DNA of 64,000 nucleotides. It comes from Pristiophorus japonicus (taxonomy: Eukaryota). The stretch covers positions 19,034,001 through 19,098,000 of the forward strand of contig NC_091997.1 of the NCBI RefSeq assembly GCF_044704955.1. The letters run 5' to 3'. Below, in pieces: positions 1 to 12,744 of this stretch (positions are counted from its first letter, which is position 1; each line of letters starts with the position of its first letter). The position numbers were made by a program, and so were the translations under genes. Below the pieces are notes generated by a model that made no database searches, was not told where the DNA came from, and saw only the letters and a list, made by a program, of their open reading frames with translations.

Positions 1-279
1 CAGGTATATTGTAAACTTTGCTTTTTTTAAATAATTGGCTAGGCCAAGCATGGTCAAATTCATTTATAAACTACAGTTATACTTCATTTTCTAAAGACTT
101 AAGTCCCAATCTTCTTCTCATTGTCTCTCACATGATCAGAAGAGGAGGAAGGTCATTTGGTCCATTGAAATTCATCCATCCAGAAAGACCATAACATCTC
201 CTTGCCTTGCAGCATCCAATTGATTCTTAATAGTTTTGTTTCCGGCACTCTATCCACTCTTAATATTTTCATTTCCTGA

Positions 280-1023
280 TATAGTGAACAAGACTGTTCG
301 CAACCTAGGTGTCATATTTGACCTTGAAATGAGTTTCCAGCGGCATAACCATGGCATAACTAAAACCGTCTTTTACACCTCCCTAACATTGCCCGCCTCC
401 ACCCCTGCCTCAGCTCTTCTGCTGCTGAAACCCTCATTCATGCCTTTGTTACCTCCTAGACTTGACTACTCCAACTCACTTCTGGCTGGCCTCCCACATT
501 CTACACTACATAAACTTGAGGTCATCCAAAACTCAACAGCCCATGTCCTAACTCGATCACCCCTGTCCTAACTTGATCACCCATCACCCCTGTGCTTTCT
601 GACCTACACTGGCTCCCAGTTAAACAATGGCTTGATTTTAAAATTCTCACCCTTGTTTACAAATCACTCCATGGCCTCGCCCCTCCCTATCTCTGTAATC
701 TTTTTCAGCCTCACAACCCCACAAATTTGCACTTCTCAAATTCTGCCCCCTTCTGCTCAACCATTGGTGGCCGTGCCTTCAGCTGTCTGGGCCCTAAGCT
801 CTGGAACTCCCTCCCTAAACCTCTCCTCCTCTCTACCTCTCTTTCCTCGTTTAAGATGCTCCTTACAAACCTACCTCTTTAACCAAGCTTTTGGTCATCT
901 GCCGCAATTTCTTCTTTTGTGGATCGGCGTCAAATTTATCTGTTTTGTCTTGTAACACTGCTGTGAAGCGCCTTGGGACATTTTACTACATTAAAGATGC
1001 TATATAAATAAAAGTTATTATTA
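280..1023 (+). mobile_element. L2 LINE 3' fragment (decayed RT C-terminus and tail)
   Basis: ORF motifs VRNLGVIFD, RLDYSNSLLAGLP and LHWLPVKQ..FKILTL; tail tatataaataaaagttattatt. Confidence 0.85.
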
Positions 1024-1271
1024 TATAATTCCTAATTTTTCACTTTTACTTGTTTGAATCTGTGTGCCTTTGTCCTATTCTTGCAATTTAATTTTAAATA
1101 AATGCTGGATTGACCATCTTCATTCCCTTTATCCACATTTTTGCCCTTTCAAAATGATGGTCCTGCAAAAATCGGTAATGCCAACTGGAAGAGGGTACCC
1201 ATACACATGCTGTGCAGAGGTTCAGCTTCCAGATAAGCACAAAAGCTCTGTGGATAGTTAAGAATGGATCC

Positions 1272-1319
1272 CTAGTGAAGAAAATGGTGGAAGAAATGCT
1301 TTACTTTCACCTGTACTAT
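1272..1319 (-). CDS. Probable terminal coding exon of host gene (IVQVKVKHFFHHFLH*)
   Basis: Acceptor tttgtgttacttggttgcag|. Phase 0 matches the previous exon, then TAG stop. ATTAAA on the minus strand at 1087-1092 is a possible poly(A) signal. Confidence 0.45.
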   Translation of the reverse strand: MVQVKVKHFFHHFLH

Positions 1320-1404
1320 CTGCAACCAAGTAACACAAAATGTAATCATAGCCAAGATGCAGTGCACTACATGTATGCATATCTATTTAACATGCTAACC
1401 TTTT

Positions 1405-2310
1405 ACATAGAATCACATAGAATATACAGCACAGAAACAGTCCATTTGGCCCAACTTGTCCATGCCAGTGTTATGCTCCACTCGAGCCTCATATCATCTT
1501 TCCTCATCTAACTCGATCAGCTTAACCCTCTATTCCCTTCTCCCTCATATGCTTATCTAGCCTCCCCTTTAATGCGTCTATACTATTCGCCCCAACTACT
1601 CCTTGTGGTAGCAAGTTCCACATTTCTCTGGGAAAAGAAATTTCTTCTGATTTCCCTATTTGATTTTTTTGTCACTATCTTTTATTAATGGCCGCTAGTT
1701 TTGCTGTTCCCCCCCAAGTGGACACACTCACTGTGTGTCTACTCTATCAAAACCTTTTAACATTTTAAAGACCTCTATTAGGTCACCCTTCAGCCTTCTC
1801 TTTTCAAGAGAAAAGAGACCCAGCCTGTTCATCCTTTCTTGATAGGTTTACCCTCGCATTTCTGGTATCACTCTTGTAAATCATTTTTACACCCTCTCCA
1901 GTGCCTCTATAGCCTTTTTCGAATGTGGCGATCAGAACTGCACACAGTACTCCAAGTGTGGTCTAACCAACGTTCAATACAAGTTTAGCATAACTTCTCT
2001 ACTTAGCAATTCTATCCTTTTAGAAATAAACCCGAGTGCTTAGTTAGCCTTATTAGCCTGTGTCGCTATTTTTAGTGATTTGTGTATTTTTACTCCCTTT
2101 ACTTCTCTACCCCATTTAGATTCTTATTTTCCAAGTAATATGTGACCTCCTAATTTTTCTGACCAAAATGTAATACCTTACACTAACGTGTCTTGAAATT
2201 CATTTGCCAACTATGTGCGCATTCTGCAAATTTATTAATGTCTTCTTGTAATTTGTTGCAATCCTCCTCAGTATTGACTATCCCCACCAATTTAGTGTCA
2301 TCCGCAAATT
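1405..2310 (-). mobile_element. Old CR1 LINE 3' fragment
   Basis: Reverse complement encodes ADDTK and [10 protein letters not shown]-like motifs; catagaatcacatagaa tail at the left end. Confidence 0.75.
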
Positions 2311-2314
2311 GCTT

Positions 2315-2752
2315 TTGTGCTGTAACGCATTAAGTCCCGTTCATCCATCACCCCTGTGCTGGCTGACCTAAATTGGCCCCCGGTTAAGTAAAGCCTCAAG
2401 TTTCAAATTCTCATCCTTGTTTTCAAATCCCTCCATGGCCTTGCCCCACAACCCTCATACATATCGGCTCTTCTGTAATTCTGGCCTTTTAGGCATCCCT
2501 GATTTTAATCACTCAACCATTGGTAGCCATGCCTTCTGTTGCCTAGACTCTAAACTCTGCAATTCCCTTCCTAAACCTCTCCACCTCGCTATCTCTCTTT
2601 CCTCTTTTAAGACACTCCTTAAAACCTACTAAGCTTTTGGACATCTGCTCTAATATCTCCTTATGTGGCTCGGTTAAATTTGGTTTGGTAACTGTTCTGT
2701 GAAGTGCATGGGATGTTTTACTATATTAAAGGTGCTACATAAATACAAGTTA
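2315..2752 (+). mobile_element. L2 LINE 3' fragment
   Basis: Homologous to 580-1020 (IGSHAFCCL..KLCNSLPK..SFKTLLKTY) with the L2 tail. Confidence 0.75.
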
Positions 2753-3189
2753 ATCCTCTGGGGAGTACAGCCAGAGCCAAGTCCATGATACCGCGGGTGG
2801 CTCAGCTGTACGGAGGGGTGTCGGGGGACGGGGGGGTGGGGGGAGGGAGGAAGAAGATCGGGAAAGCAATAGTGATAGGGGATTCAATAGTTAGGGGAAC
2901 AGACAGGCATTTCTGCGGCTGCAAGACGTGATTCCAGGATGGTATGTTGCCTCTTTGGTGCCAGGATCAAGGATGTCACTGGGCGGCTGCAGAGCATTCT
3001 GAGGGGGGAGTGTGAACAGCCAGAGATCGTGGTCCATATCGGAATCAGCAACATAGAAAGATGGATAAGGTCCTGCAAGCAGATTTTAAGGAGCCAGGAA
3101 AGAGATTAAAAAGCAGGACCTCATAGGTAGTAATCTCCAGATTCCTCCCAGTGCCACGAGCTAGTGAGTATAGAAATAGATATAGAAAA

Positions 3190-3572
3190 AGCAAGCACTC
3201 TACTCGGAACTCCTTCATGGCAAACGAGCCAAGGGTGGACAGAAGAATCGTTACAAGGACACCCTCAAAGCCTCCCTGATAAAGTGCAACATCCACACTG
3301 ACACCTGGGAGTCCCTGGCCAAAGACTGCCCTAAGTGGAGGAAGTGCATCTGGGAGGGCACTGAGTGCCTCGAGTCTCATCGTCGAGAGCATGCAGAAAA
3401 CAAATGCAGGCGTGGCAAACCTGTCCCACCCTCCTTTACCCTCAATGAACTGTCTGTCCTACCTGTGGCAGGGACTGTGGCTCTCGTATTGGACTGTTCA
3501 GCCACCTAAGGAGTCATTCTAAGAGTGGAAGCAAGACTTCCTCGATTCCGAGGGACTGCCTTTGATGATGAT
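3190..3572 (+). mobile_element. RTE-clade LINE 3' fragment nested in CR1 ORF1
   Basis: KQALYSEL.HG.R..GGQ..RYKDTLK motif; zinc-knuckle-like CPTC..CGSRIGL end; (TGA)n tail; imperfect flanking duplication tatagaaatag/tatataaatag. Confidence 0.8.
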
Positions 3573-5749
3573 TATATAAATAGGAGGATAGAGCAGATGA
3601 ATGTGTGACTGCAGAGATGGTGCAGGAGGGGGTCTTTATATTCCTGGGACACTGGGACATGTTCTGGGGGAGGTGGGACCTGTACAGGCCAGATGGGTTG
3701 CACCTCAACAGGGCCGGGACCAATATCCTCACAGCGGGTTGGGGGTGGGTTACTAGTGCAGTTGGTGAGGGTTTAAACTAATTTGGCAGGGGGATGGACA
3801 TCAGGATGTAGCATTAGAAGGGAGAAACAAGGTGCACAAAGGATTAGGAGAGACAGATAGCACTAGAGTAAGAAATAGTACGGTATTAGTACGGGTCAGA
3901 CTAAGAGAGAATACAAGATTTGCATATATGTAAACGCACGAAGAGTGGTAAATAAGGTTGGTGCGATGCAAGCACAAATAACCACACAGGAAAATTATGC
4001 TGTGGCGATAGCGTAGACCTGGCTCAAAAAAGGACAGGATTGGGTACTAAATATTCCAGGATATAAGGTGTTCAGGAAAGATAGGAAAAGAAAGAAAAGA
4101 GGTTGGGTGGCAGCATTGATTATGGAGAATATTACAGTGATAGAGAGGGAAGATGTCCCGGAGGGATCAAGGACATAATCTATTTGGTTAGAGTTAAGAA
4201 ACAATAGAGATGCCATTACATACTAAGTGTATTCTATAGACCACCGACTAGTGGGAAGGATATAGAGGAGAAAATTTGCAGGGACATTACAGAGCGGTGC
4301 AAGAACTATAGAGTAGTGATAATGGGGGACTTCAATTATTCTAATATAGACTGGGATAGTAATAGTGTAAAGGGCAGAGGGGGAAGAATTTTGGAAGTGT
4401 GTTTAGGAGAACTTTCTTATCAGTATGTTTCCGACCCAATGAGGAAGGAGGCATTGCTGGATCTGGTTCTGAGCCACGTGGTGAGTCAAGTGGAGCAAGT
4501 GTCCCAGTTTAGATAAGCTATGGAAAAGGACAGGGAGCAATCTAGAGTAAAAATACTTAATTGGAGGAAGGCCAATTTCAGTGGGTTGAGAACGGATCTG
4601 GCTCGGGTAAATAGGAATCAAAGATAGGCTGCGTTTAAAGAGGAGATAGTTTGGGTACACTCGAGGTACATTCCCACAAAGGGGAAAGGTAGGGCAACCA
4701 AAGCCAGAGCTCCCTGGATGATGAAAGAGATAGCGAATAAGATGAAGCAGAAAAAGGGGGCGTATGTCAGATGTCAGGTTGAGAATACAAGTGAGAATCA
4801 GGCTGAAAATAAAAAGTTCAGAGGGGAAGTGAAAAAGGAAATAAGAGGGGAAAAGAGAGACCTTGAGAATAGACTGTCAGCTAACATAAAAGGGAATCCA
4901 AAAGTCATCTATAGGCATATAAATAGTAAACGCATAGTAAGAGGAAGGGTGGGGCTGATTAGGGACCAAAAAGGAGACCTACACTTGGAGGCAGAGGGCA
5001 TGACTGAGGTACTAAATGAGTAGCTGACAGCCATCTTCACCAAGGAAAAGAATGCTGCCAAAGTCATAGTGAAAGAGGAGGAAGTTGAGATACTGAATGG
5101 GCTAGAAAGGCTGTCTGTACTTAAAGTAGATAAGTCACCAGGGGAAGAATTTCTGAAGTGTGTTTAGAAGAACTTTCTTGATCAGTATGTTCCCAGCCCA
5201 GTGAGGAAGGAGGCATTGCTAGATCTGGTTCTGGGGAGTGACATGGGTCAAGTGGAGCAGATGGGATGCATTTGAGGAAGCTGAGGGAAGTAAAGGTGGA
5301 AATTGCGTTGGTATTGGCCATAATCTTCCGATCCTCCTTCGATACAGGGGTGGTACCAGAGGGCTGGAGAATTGAAAATGTTACACCCTTGTTAAAAAAA
5401 GGGTGTAAGGATAAATCCAGCAACTACAGGGCAGTCAGTTTAACCCCAGTGGTGGGTAAGCTTTTAGAAACGATAATCCAGGACAAACTGAACAGTCATT
5501 TGGATAAGTGTGGATTAATTAAGAAAAGCCAGCGCAGATTTGTTAAAGGCAAATCGTGTTTAACTAACTTGAGTTTTCTGATGAGGAAACAGAGGGTTGA
5601 TGAGCGCAATGTGGTTAATATGGTGTACATGGACTTCCAAAAGGCGCTTGATAAAGTGCCACATAATAGGCAAGCTAGCAACATTGAAGCCCTTGTAATA
5701 AAAGGGACAGTGGCAGCATGGATATGAAAATGGCAAAGTGATAGGAAAC

Positions 5750-5900
5750 CATCATCATAGGCAGTCCCTCGGAATCGAGGAGGACTTGCTTCCAGTCCCA
5801 AAGTGAGTTGAACAGTCCGATACGGGAGCCACAGACCCTGTTACAGGTGGGACAGACATTTGTCGGGGGAAGGGGTCGGTAGGGCTGGTTTGCCGCGTGC
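5750..5900 (-). mobile_element. RTE LINE 3' fragment nested in CR1 ORF2
   Basis: CPTCNRVCGSRIGL plus a GATGATG tail on the minus strand; same family as 3190-3572. Confidence 0.8.
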
Positions 5901-6313
5901 GTAGTGGTGAACGGTTGTTTATCGGACTGGGGGAAGGTACACAGTGGTGCACCCCAGGGGTCGGTACTAGGACCACTACTTTTCTTGATGTATATTGATG
6001 ACTTGGACTTGGGTGTACAGGGCACAATTTCAAAATTTGCAGATGACACAAAACTTGGAAGTATAGTGAACAGTGAGGAGGATAGTGATAGACTTCAAGA
6101 AGACATAGTTAGGCTGGTGGAATGGGCAGACACGTGGCAGGTGAAATTTAATGCAGAAAAGTGCAAAATGATATATTTTCGTAGGAAGAACGAGGAGAGG
6201 CAATATAAAGGGTACATAAACAGAGAGACCTGGGGGTATATGTGCACAAATCATTGAAGGTAGCAGGACAGCTTGAGAAAGCTGTTAAAAAAGCATACAG
6301 GATCATGGGCTTC

Positions 6314-9030
6314 ATAGAAACATAGAAACATAGAAAATAGATGCGGGAGTAGGCCATTTGCCCCTTCGAGCCTGCACCGCCATTCAATAAGATCATGGCT
6401 GATCATTCCCTCAGTACCCCTTTACTACTTTCTCTCCATACCCCTTGATCACTTTAGCCATAAGGGCCATATCTAACTCCCTCTTGAATATATCCAATAA
6501 ACTGGCATCAACAATTCTCGGCGGCAGGGAATTTCACAGGTTAACAACTCTCTGAGTGAAGAAGTTTCTCCTTATCTCAGTCCTAATTGGCTTACCCCTT
6601 ATCCTAAGACTATGTCCCCTGGTTCTGGACTTCCCCAACATCGGGAACATTCTTCCCGCATCTAACCTGTCCAGTCACACCAGAATCTTATACGTTTCTA
6701 GAGATCCCCTCTCATCCTTCTAAACTCCAGTGAATAAAGGCCCAGTTGATCCAGTCTCTCCTCATATGTCAGTCCAGCCATCCCTGGAATCAGTCTGGTG
6801 CGCATTCGCTGCACTCCCTCAATAGAAAGAACGTCCTTCCTCAGATTAGGAGACCAAACTGAACACAATATTCAAGGTGAGGCCTCACCAAGGCCCTGTA
6901 CAACTGCAGTAAGACTTCCCTGCTCCTATACTCAAATCCCCTAACTATGAAGGCCAACATACCATTTGCCTTCTTCACCGCCTGCTGTACCTGCATGCCA
7001 ACTTTCAATGACTGATGAACCATGACACACAGGTATCGTTGCACCTCCCGTTTTCCTAATCTGCCGCCATTCAGATAATATTCTGCCTTCATGTTTTGGC
7101 CCACAAAATGGATAATCTCACATTTATATACTGCATCTGCCATGCATTTGCCCCCTCATTAACCTGTCCAAGTCACCCTGCAGCCTCTTAGAGTCCTCCT
7201 CACAGCTCACATCGCCACCCAGCTTAGTGCAAACTTGTAGCTATTACACTCAATAATATCTAAATCGTTAATGTATATTGTAAAGAACTGGGGTCCCAGC
7301 ACTGAGCCCTGCGGCATCCCACTCGTCACTGCCTGCCATTCTGAAAAGGACCCATTTATCCCGACTCTCTGCTTCCTGTCTGCCAACCAGTTCTCTATCC
7401 ACGTCAGTACATTACCCCCAATACCATGTGCTTTGATTTTGCACACCAATCTCTTGTGCGGGACCTTGTCGAAAGCCTTTTGAAAGTCCAAATACACCAC
7501 ATCCACTGGTTCTCCCTTGTCCATTCTGCTAGTTACAACCTCAAAAAATTCCAGAAGATTCATCAAGCATGGTTTCCCTTTCATAAATCCATGCTGACTT
7601 GGACCGATGTTGTCACTGCTTTCCAAATGCGCTGCTATTTCATCCTTAATGATTGATTCCAACATTTTCCCCACTACTGATGTCAGGCTAACCAGTCTAT
7701 AATTACCCGTTTTCTCTCTCCCTCCTTTTTTAAACAGTCGTGTTACATTAGCTACCCTCCAGTCCATAGGAACTGATACAGAGTTGATAGACTGTTTGAA
7801 AATGATCACCAATGCATCCACTATTTCTAGGGCCACTTCCTTAAGTACTCTGGGATTCAGACTATCAGGGGATTTATCGGCCTTCAATCCCATCAATTTC
7901 CCGAACACAATTTCCCGCTTTATAAGGATATCCTTCAGTTCCTCCTTCTCACTAGACCCACAGTCCGTAGTACATTCAGAAGGTTATTTGTGTCTTCCTT
8001 CGTGAAGACAGAACCAAAGTATTTGTTCAATTGGTCTGCCATTTCTTTGTTCCCCATTATAAATTCACCTGAATCCGACTGCAAGGGACCTACGTTTGTC
8101 TTCACTAATCTTTTTCTCTTTACATATCTATAGAAGTTTTTGCAGTCAGTTTTTATGTTCCCTGCAAGCTTCCTCTCGTACTCTATTTTCCCCCTCTTAA
8201 TTAAACCCTTAGTTCTCCTCTGTTGAATTCTAAATTTCTCCCAGTCCTCAGATTTGTTGCTTTTTCTAGCCAATTTATATGCCTCTTCCTTGGTTTTAAC
8301 ACTATCCTTAATTTCCCTTGTTAGCCACGGTTGAGCCACCTTCCCCGTTTTATTTTTACTCCAGACAGAGATGTACAATTGCTGAAGTGTATCCATGTGT
8401 TCTTTAAATGTTTGCCATTGCTTATCTACTGTCAACCCTTTAAGTATCCTTTGCCAGTCTATTCTAATCAATTCACGCCTCATACCGTCGAAGTTACCTT
8501 TTCTTAAGTTCAGGACCCTAGTTTCCGAATTAACTGTGTCACTCTCCATCTTAATAAAGAATTCTACCATATTATGGTCACTCTTCCCCAAGGGGCCTCG
8601 CACAACAAGATTGCTAATTAGTCCCTTCTCATTACACATCACCCAGTCTAGGATGGCCAGCTCTCTAGTTGGTTCCTCGACATATTGGTCTCGAAAACCA
8701 TCCCTAATACACTCCAGGAAATCCTCCTCCACCGCATTGCTACCAGTTAGGTTAGCCCAATCAATATGTAGATTAAAGTCGCCCATGATAACTGCTGTAC
8801 CTTTATTGCACACATCCCTTATTTCTTGTTTGATGCTGTCCCCAACCTTACTACTACTGTTGGTGGTCTGTACACAACTCCCACTAGTGTTTTCTGCCCT
8901 TTGGTATTCCGCAGCTCCACCCATACCAATTCCACATCATCCAGGCTAATGTCTCTCCTTACTATTGCATTAATTTCCTCTTTAACCAGCAACGCCACCC
9001 CGCCTCCTTTTCCTCTCTGTCTATCCTTCC
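6314..9030 (-). mobile_element. 5'-truncated CR1 (HER1-type) LINE, ORF2 with frameshifts
   Basis: ORFs 7935..8924 (APE: MGDFN, SDH), 7207..7908 (RT: YLDFQKAFDKV, PQGSVLGP) and 6841..7143; (ATAGAAAC)n tail. Confidence 0.93.
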
Positions 9031-10073
9031 TAAATAGAAGTATACAAAAACAAGGAAGTTATGATGAACCTGTATAAAGCACTGGTTCGGCCTCAACTGG
9101 AGTATTGTGTCCAATTCCTGGCACTGCACTTTAGGAAGGATGTGTCGGCCTTAGAGAGGGTGCAGAAAAGGTTTACAAGAATGGCTCCAGAGATGAGGGA
9201 CTTCAGTTACATGGATCGACTGGGGAAGCTGGGTTGTTCTCCTCAGAGAAGAGAAAGTTGAGAGGAGATTTGATAGAGGTGTTCAAAATCATGAGACATC
9301 TAGACTGAGTGGACAGAGAGAAACTGTTCCCATTGGCGGAAAGGTTGAAAATCAAATTACACAGATTTAAGGTGATTGGCAGAAGAACCAAAGGTGACAG
9401 GAGGAAAAACTATGATCTGGAATGCAGAGCCTGAAATGGTGGTGGAGGCAGATTCAATCATGGCTTTCAAAGGGAAATTGGATAAGTACCTGAAGAAAAA
9501 AAAATGCAGGGCTACGGGGAAAGGGCGGGGGAGTGGGACTAGCTAAAGTGCTCTTGTAGAGAGCCGGCACGGGCTCGACGGAGCAAATGGCCTTCTTCTG
9601 TGCTGTAACCGTTCTATGATTGTATTCGATGATATTACGTTGTTGTAGCTTTTGGAGGGGGAGGAATGAAGACGAGTAGACTTGCAATTAGCCATAACTT
9701 GCTTATAGCTTTGCACTGATCACCTGCAAGGAACAATTAGGCCAATAATGTCAACACCAAATCACGCTCTTGCTAGTTTTTATTTTAGGAGCTCATTACT
9801 TTAATAAGTACTCTTGAAATAAAAATTTTAATTATGGGGTCAAGTAGCTTCAATTGAACAGTGTTATGGCAATTGTGAAAAGTGCGGACATGTTTCATAG
9901 TCTTTGAAATGTTTTTCGTACATAAAGTGCCAAAGAAAACTGGCATTTGACTTTTAAGGTCAGGCTGAGTAGCTGATTTGTGCTTCAAGAATTGTTCAGT
10001 GTGAAAACACCCACTATCGTTTTCTTGCAATATTTCATGCAACATTACAGGAGCATTAACTACATCATTTACA

Positions 10074-10480
10074 TAGAGAGCTGTGGAGACTGGGTCATTG
10101 AATATATTTAAGGTGGAGATAGACAGATTTTTGAGCGATAAGGGAATAAAGCGTTATGGGAAGAGGGCAGGGAAGTGGAGCTGAGTCCATGATCAGATCA
10201 GCCATGATCTTATTAAATGGCAGAGCAGGCTCGAGGGGCCATATGACCTACTCCTGCTCCTATTTCTTATGTTCTTATGAATTATGAAGCATACACAGCA
10301 CAGAAACAGGCCATTCGACCCAACAGTTCTCTGCCAGTGTTTATGCTCCAGGCGAGTCTCCTCCCACCTCACTTCACCTCGCCCTGTCACCATATCCTTC
10401 TGCTCCTTTCTCTCTCATGCACTTACCTGGCTTCCCCTTAAATGCATTTATGCTGTTTGCCTCAACTACTCCATGTGGTT
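10074..10480. mobile_element. Two short CR1 3' fragments in opposite orientations (~10074-10278 plus, ~10285-10480 minus)
   Basis: gatcagccatgatc...ctactcctgctcctatttcttatgttctt tail; cacagaaacaggccattcg tail on the opposite strand. Confidence 0.7.
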
Positions 10481-10748
10481 CCCAGTGTTGCTTAATGTTT
10501 CAATAGTGAGAGTCCTCATCGATAACTTTTATTGAGAACCAAATAGAGAGAACACTCTTTCATTTGAACATATTCCTGTTTATTTCTATTTTTCTGTTTC
10601 TTTTTTTTACCATTTTTGTTTTGAACAGCGAGCGCTGATGGCATCATATGGGGATATGGAAGATCCAGAGGAAATTATGTTCAATTGGCCCATTCTACTG
10701 AGTACCCATTCTTAGCCCTGCTTATGGAGCAAATGGAAGTCAGGCACC

Positions 10749-11352
10749 TAGAACATAAGAACATAAGAAATAGGAGCAGGAGTAGACCAGACAGCCCCCT
10801 CGAGCCTGCTCTGTCATTCAATAAGATCACGGCTAATCTGATCTTGGCCTCAACTCCACTTTCCTACCTGTTCCCCATAAACCTTGTGTGATATATGTAC
10901 CTGTGAGGATGCTCACAGGTTTGTAGAGCTGTTGAGTTGGGAGTGGCTTAGCCAGTCACGTGATGTTCTCAATAAAACCCCAGCCAGTTCTGTTCAGGGT
11001 ATCCATGATGTAGCAGGTGATTGTGAGCCTGGTGCGTGAACTAGTAATGTGTAGTGTGATTGTTAAACCTTTTGCTAATAAACCAACTAGTTCTTAATAG
11101 CAATGTGTTGCTATAAATTCTTAAGCAAAGAACCCATGAAGCAAATACATTACACCTTGACTCCCCAATAGGTAAAGAATCTGTCTATCGCAGCCTTGAA
11201 TATATTCAGTGACTCAGCCTCCACAGCTCTCTGGGGCAGAGAATTCCAAAGATTCATGATCATCTGAGAGAAGAAACTCCTCCTCATCTCCATCTTAAAT
11301 GGGCGACCCTTTATTCTGAAACTATGCCTCCTCGTTCTAGATTCCGCCAGAG
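10749..11352 (-). mobile_element. CR1 3' fragment interrupted by a solo LTR
   Basis: gaacataagaacataagaaatagg tail; RRSFFSQ..NLWNSLPQ motif. Confidence 0.8.
10887..11154 (+). mobile_element. Solo LTR (Gypsy-like), 268 bp
   Basis: TG...CA termini with exact 5-bp TSD CCTTG (10882-10886 and 11155-11159); AATAAA inside. Confidence 0.9.
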
Positions 11353-11401
11353 AAAAGGGAACGGAAGGAAATGGAGTCATTTCAGGGCGTCTGCTACTTA
11401 C

Positions 11402-11477
11402 GTTGCAGAATGTTGCGAGAAACCTCAGAGCAGGATGCCTTTTGATCACAAGAGGTGCATAACCCAACGAAACCTGG
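11402..11477 (-). CDS. Internal coding exon of unidentified host gene (76 bp; C-QVSLGYAPLVIKRHPALRFLATFCN)
   Basis: Strong acceptor ttttcttttttttctcccag| and consensus donor AAC|gtaagt. The phase-2 start completes TG+C (Cys) from the preceding exon. Confidence 0.8.
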
Positions 11478-12744
11478 CTGGGAGAAAAAAAGAAAATGGA
11501 GAGATTTCTTAGCTTCATTAAATAGGAACTCAACCGGAAAACAGGAGTTATCGAGCCCAGTGTTGTCAGCAGTTTGAACATGAATATTAGATAGGAATCT
11601 CAGCAGGCAGGACTGATTTAGTGTGTGAATATCAATCACTTTGACTGTTATTAAATCAGCATTGAAAGTTTAGGTAACCCGACTCATATCTGTATATACC
11701 GAGCTAATATTCTGAGGTTTGTATAGATATGTTCATATTGGTGTGACTCATCTATTCAAGCTTCTATTATCTCTCTTGTCATTGTTTTTCATTTATGTTC
11801 TTAGAATTATTTTACAGGCCTATAAAAGAGAAATGTACTGGAAGACACAAGGCACCACATGTCATCGTGAGGTGTACAGATTCTGTGGCAACACCACTAG
11901 CTGTGCAGACTGACAGGGACATGTCGCACAAATACAGCCTGGGGCTATTATCAGCATAAAGTCCCTCACAGGGCTAAATGAGAAATGGCAGCTACAAGAA
12001 TGTTGCATATTCAGCTTCACCCACCATCCGTGACAACAAGTTTGAGACTGACAAAGATAAGTTATCAAGCTGACTAGAAGGATATTATTAATTCTTGAGC
12101 GTGGAATGGCCGCCTTGAGGCAAAGTAGCTGGGAAAAATAAAAGGAATAAAAGAGCCACAATAAATTAATGCAAGACACAGGATCCTCAGGGATACGAAT
12201 TCTTTATTGCCAAAAGAATCTGGAGGGGAAAGAAACAGTGCTTGGGAGGATGGCGAGATGAATATTCAGAGACTGAGTCGTGTGGCTGCTGAGATCACTC
12301 TCTTTTCAGGCCTCTTTCTTGGGTAAAAGTCGTCTCAACTGATGGGACAAAAATCTCAGACAACTGCAAAAGTCCCAAAAGTTTGGACAGTCTCAACTCC
12401 GGGCTAGTGGATATAAGTCTAGGGCACATCATTATCTGTAATGCAAAGAAAGGGAGACTTGCATTTATATATTGCTTTTTATGCGCCAAAACACTTCACA
12501 CCGAATAAGTTGCTATTAACATGTAGCCACTGTTGTTTTGTAGGCAAATATAGAAGCCAATTAGCACACAGCAAGGATCCACAGACAGCAGTGAGCAAAT
12601 GACCAGTTAATCTGTTTTTGCAGATGTTGATTGAGGGATAAATGCTGCTCAGAAAACCAGGAGAACTCCTTGCTCTTCTTTGAATAGTGTCACGGGATCT
12701 TTTACCTGCAACTGAACAGTTGATTAATGCCTTTTCTGAAAAAA

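Larger units (their letters stand above)
2758..9622 (+). mobile_element. Decayed CR1 LINE (ORF1 SGNH-esterase part plus ORF2 APE-RT), in pieces 2758-6313 and ~9031-9622, split by later insertions
   Basis: IVIGDSIV/VCCL.GA.I.D esterase motifs near 2870-2980; IMGDFNY, NYRAVSL, PQGSVLGP, ADDTK and RPQLEYCVQF. The frame resumes after the nested minus-strand CR1. Confidence 0.9.

Noticed and set aside
9785-10045. 86-aa minus-strand ORF in unique sequence
   Set aside because: No convincing splice sites or recognisable motif; length is compatible with chance.
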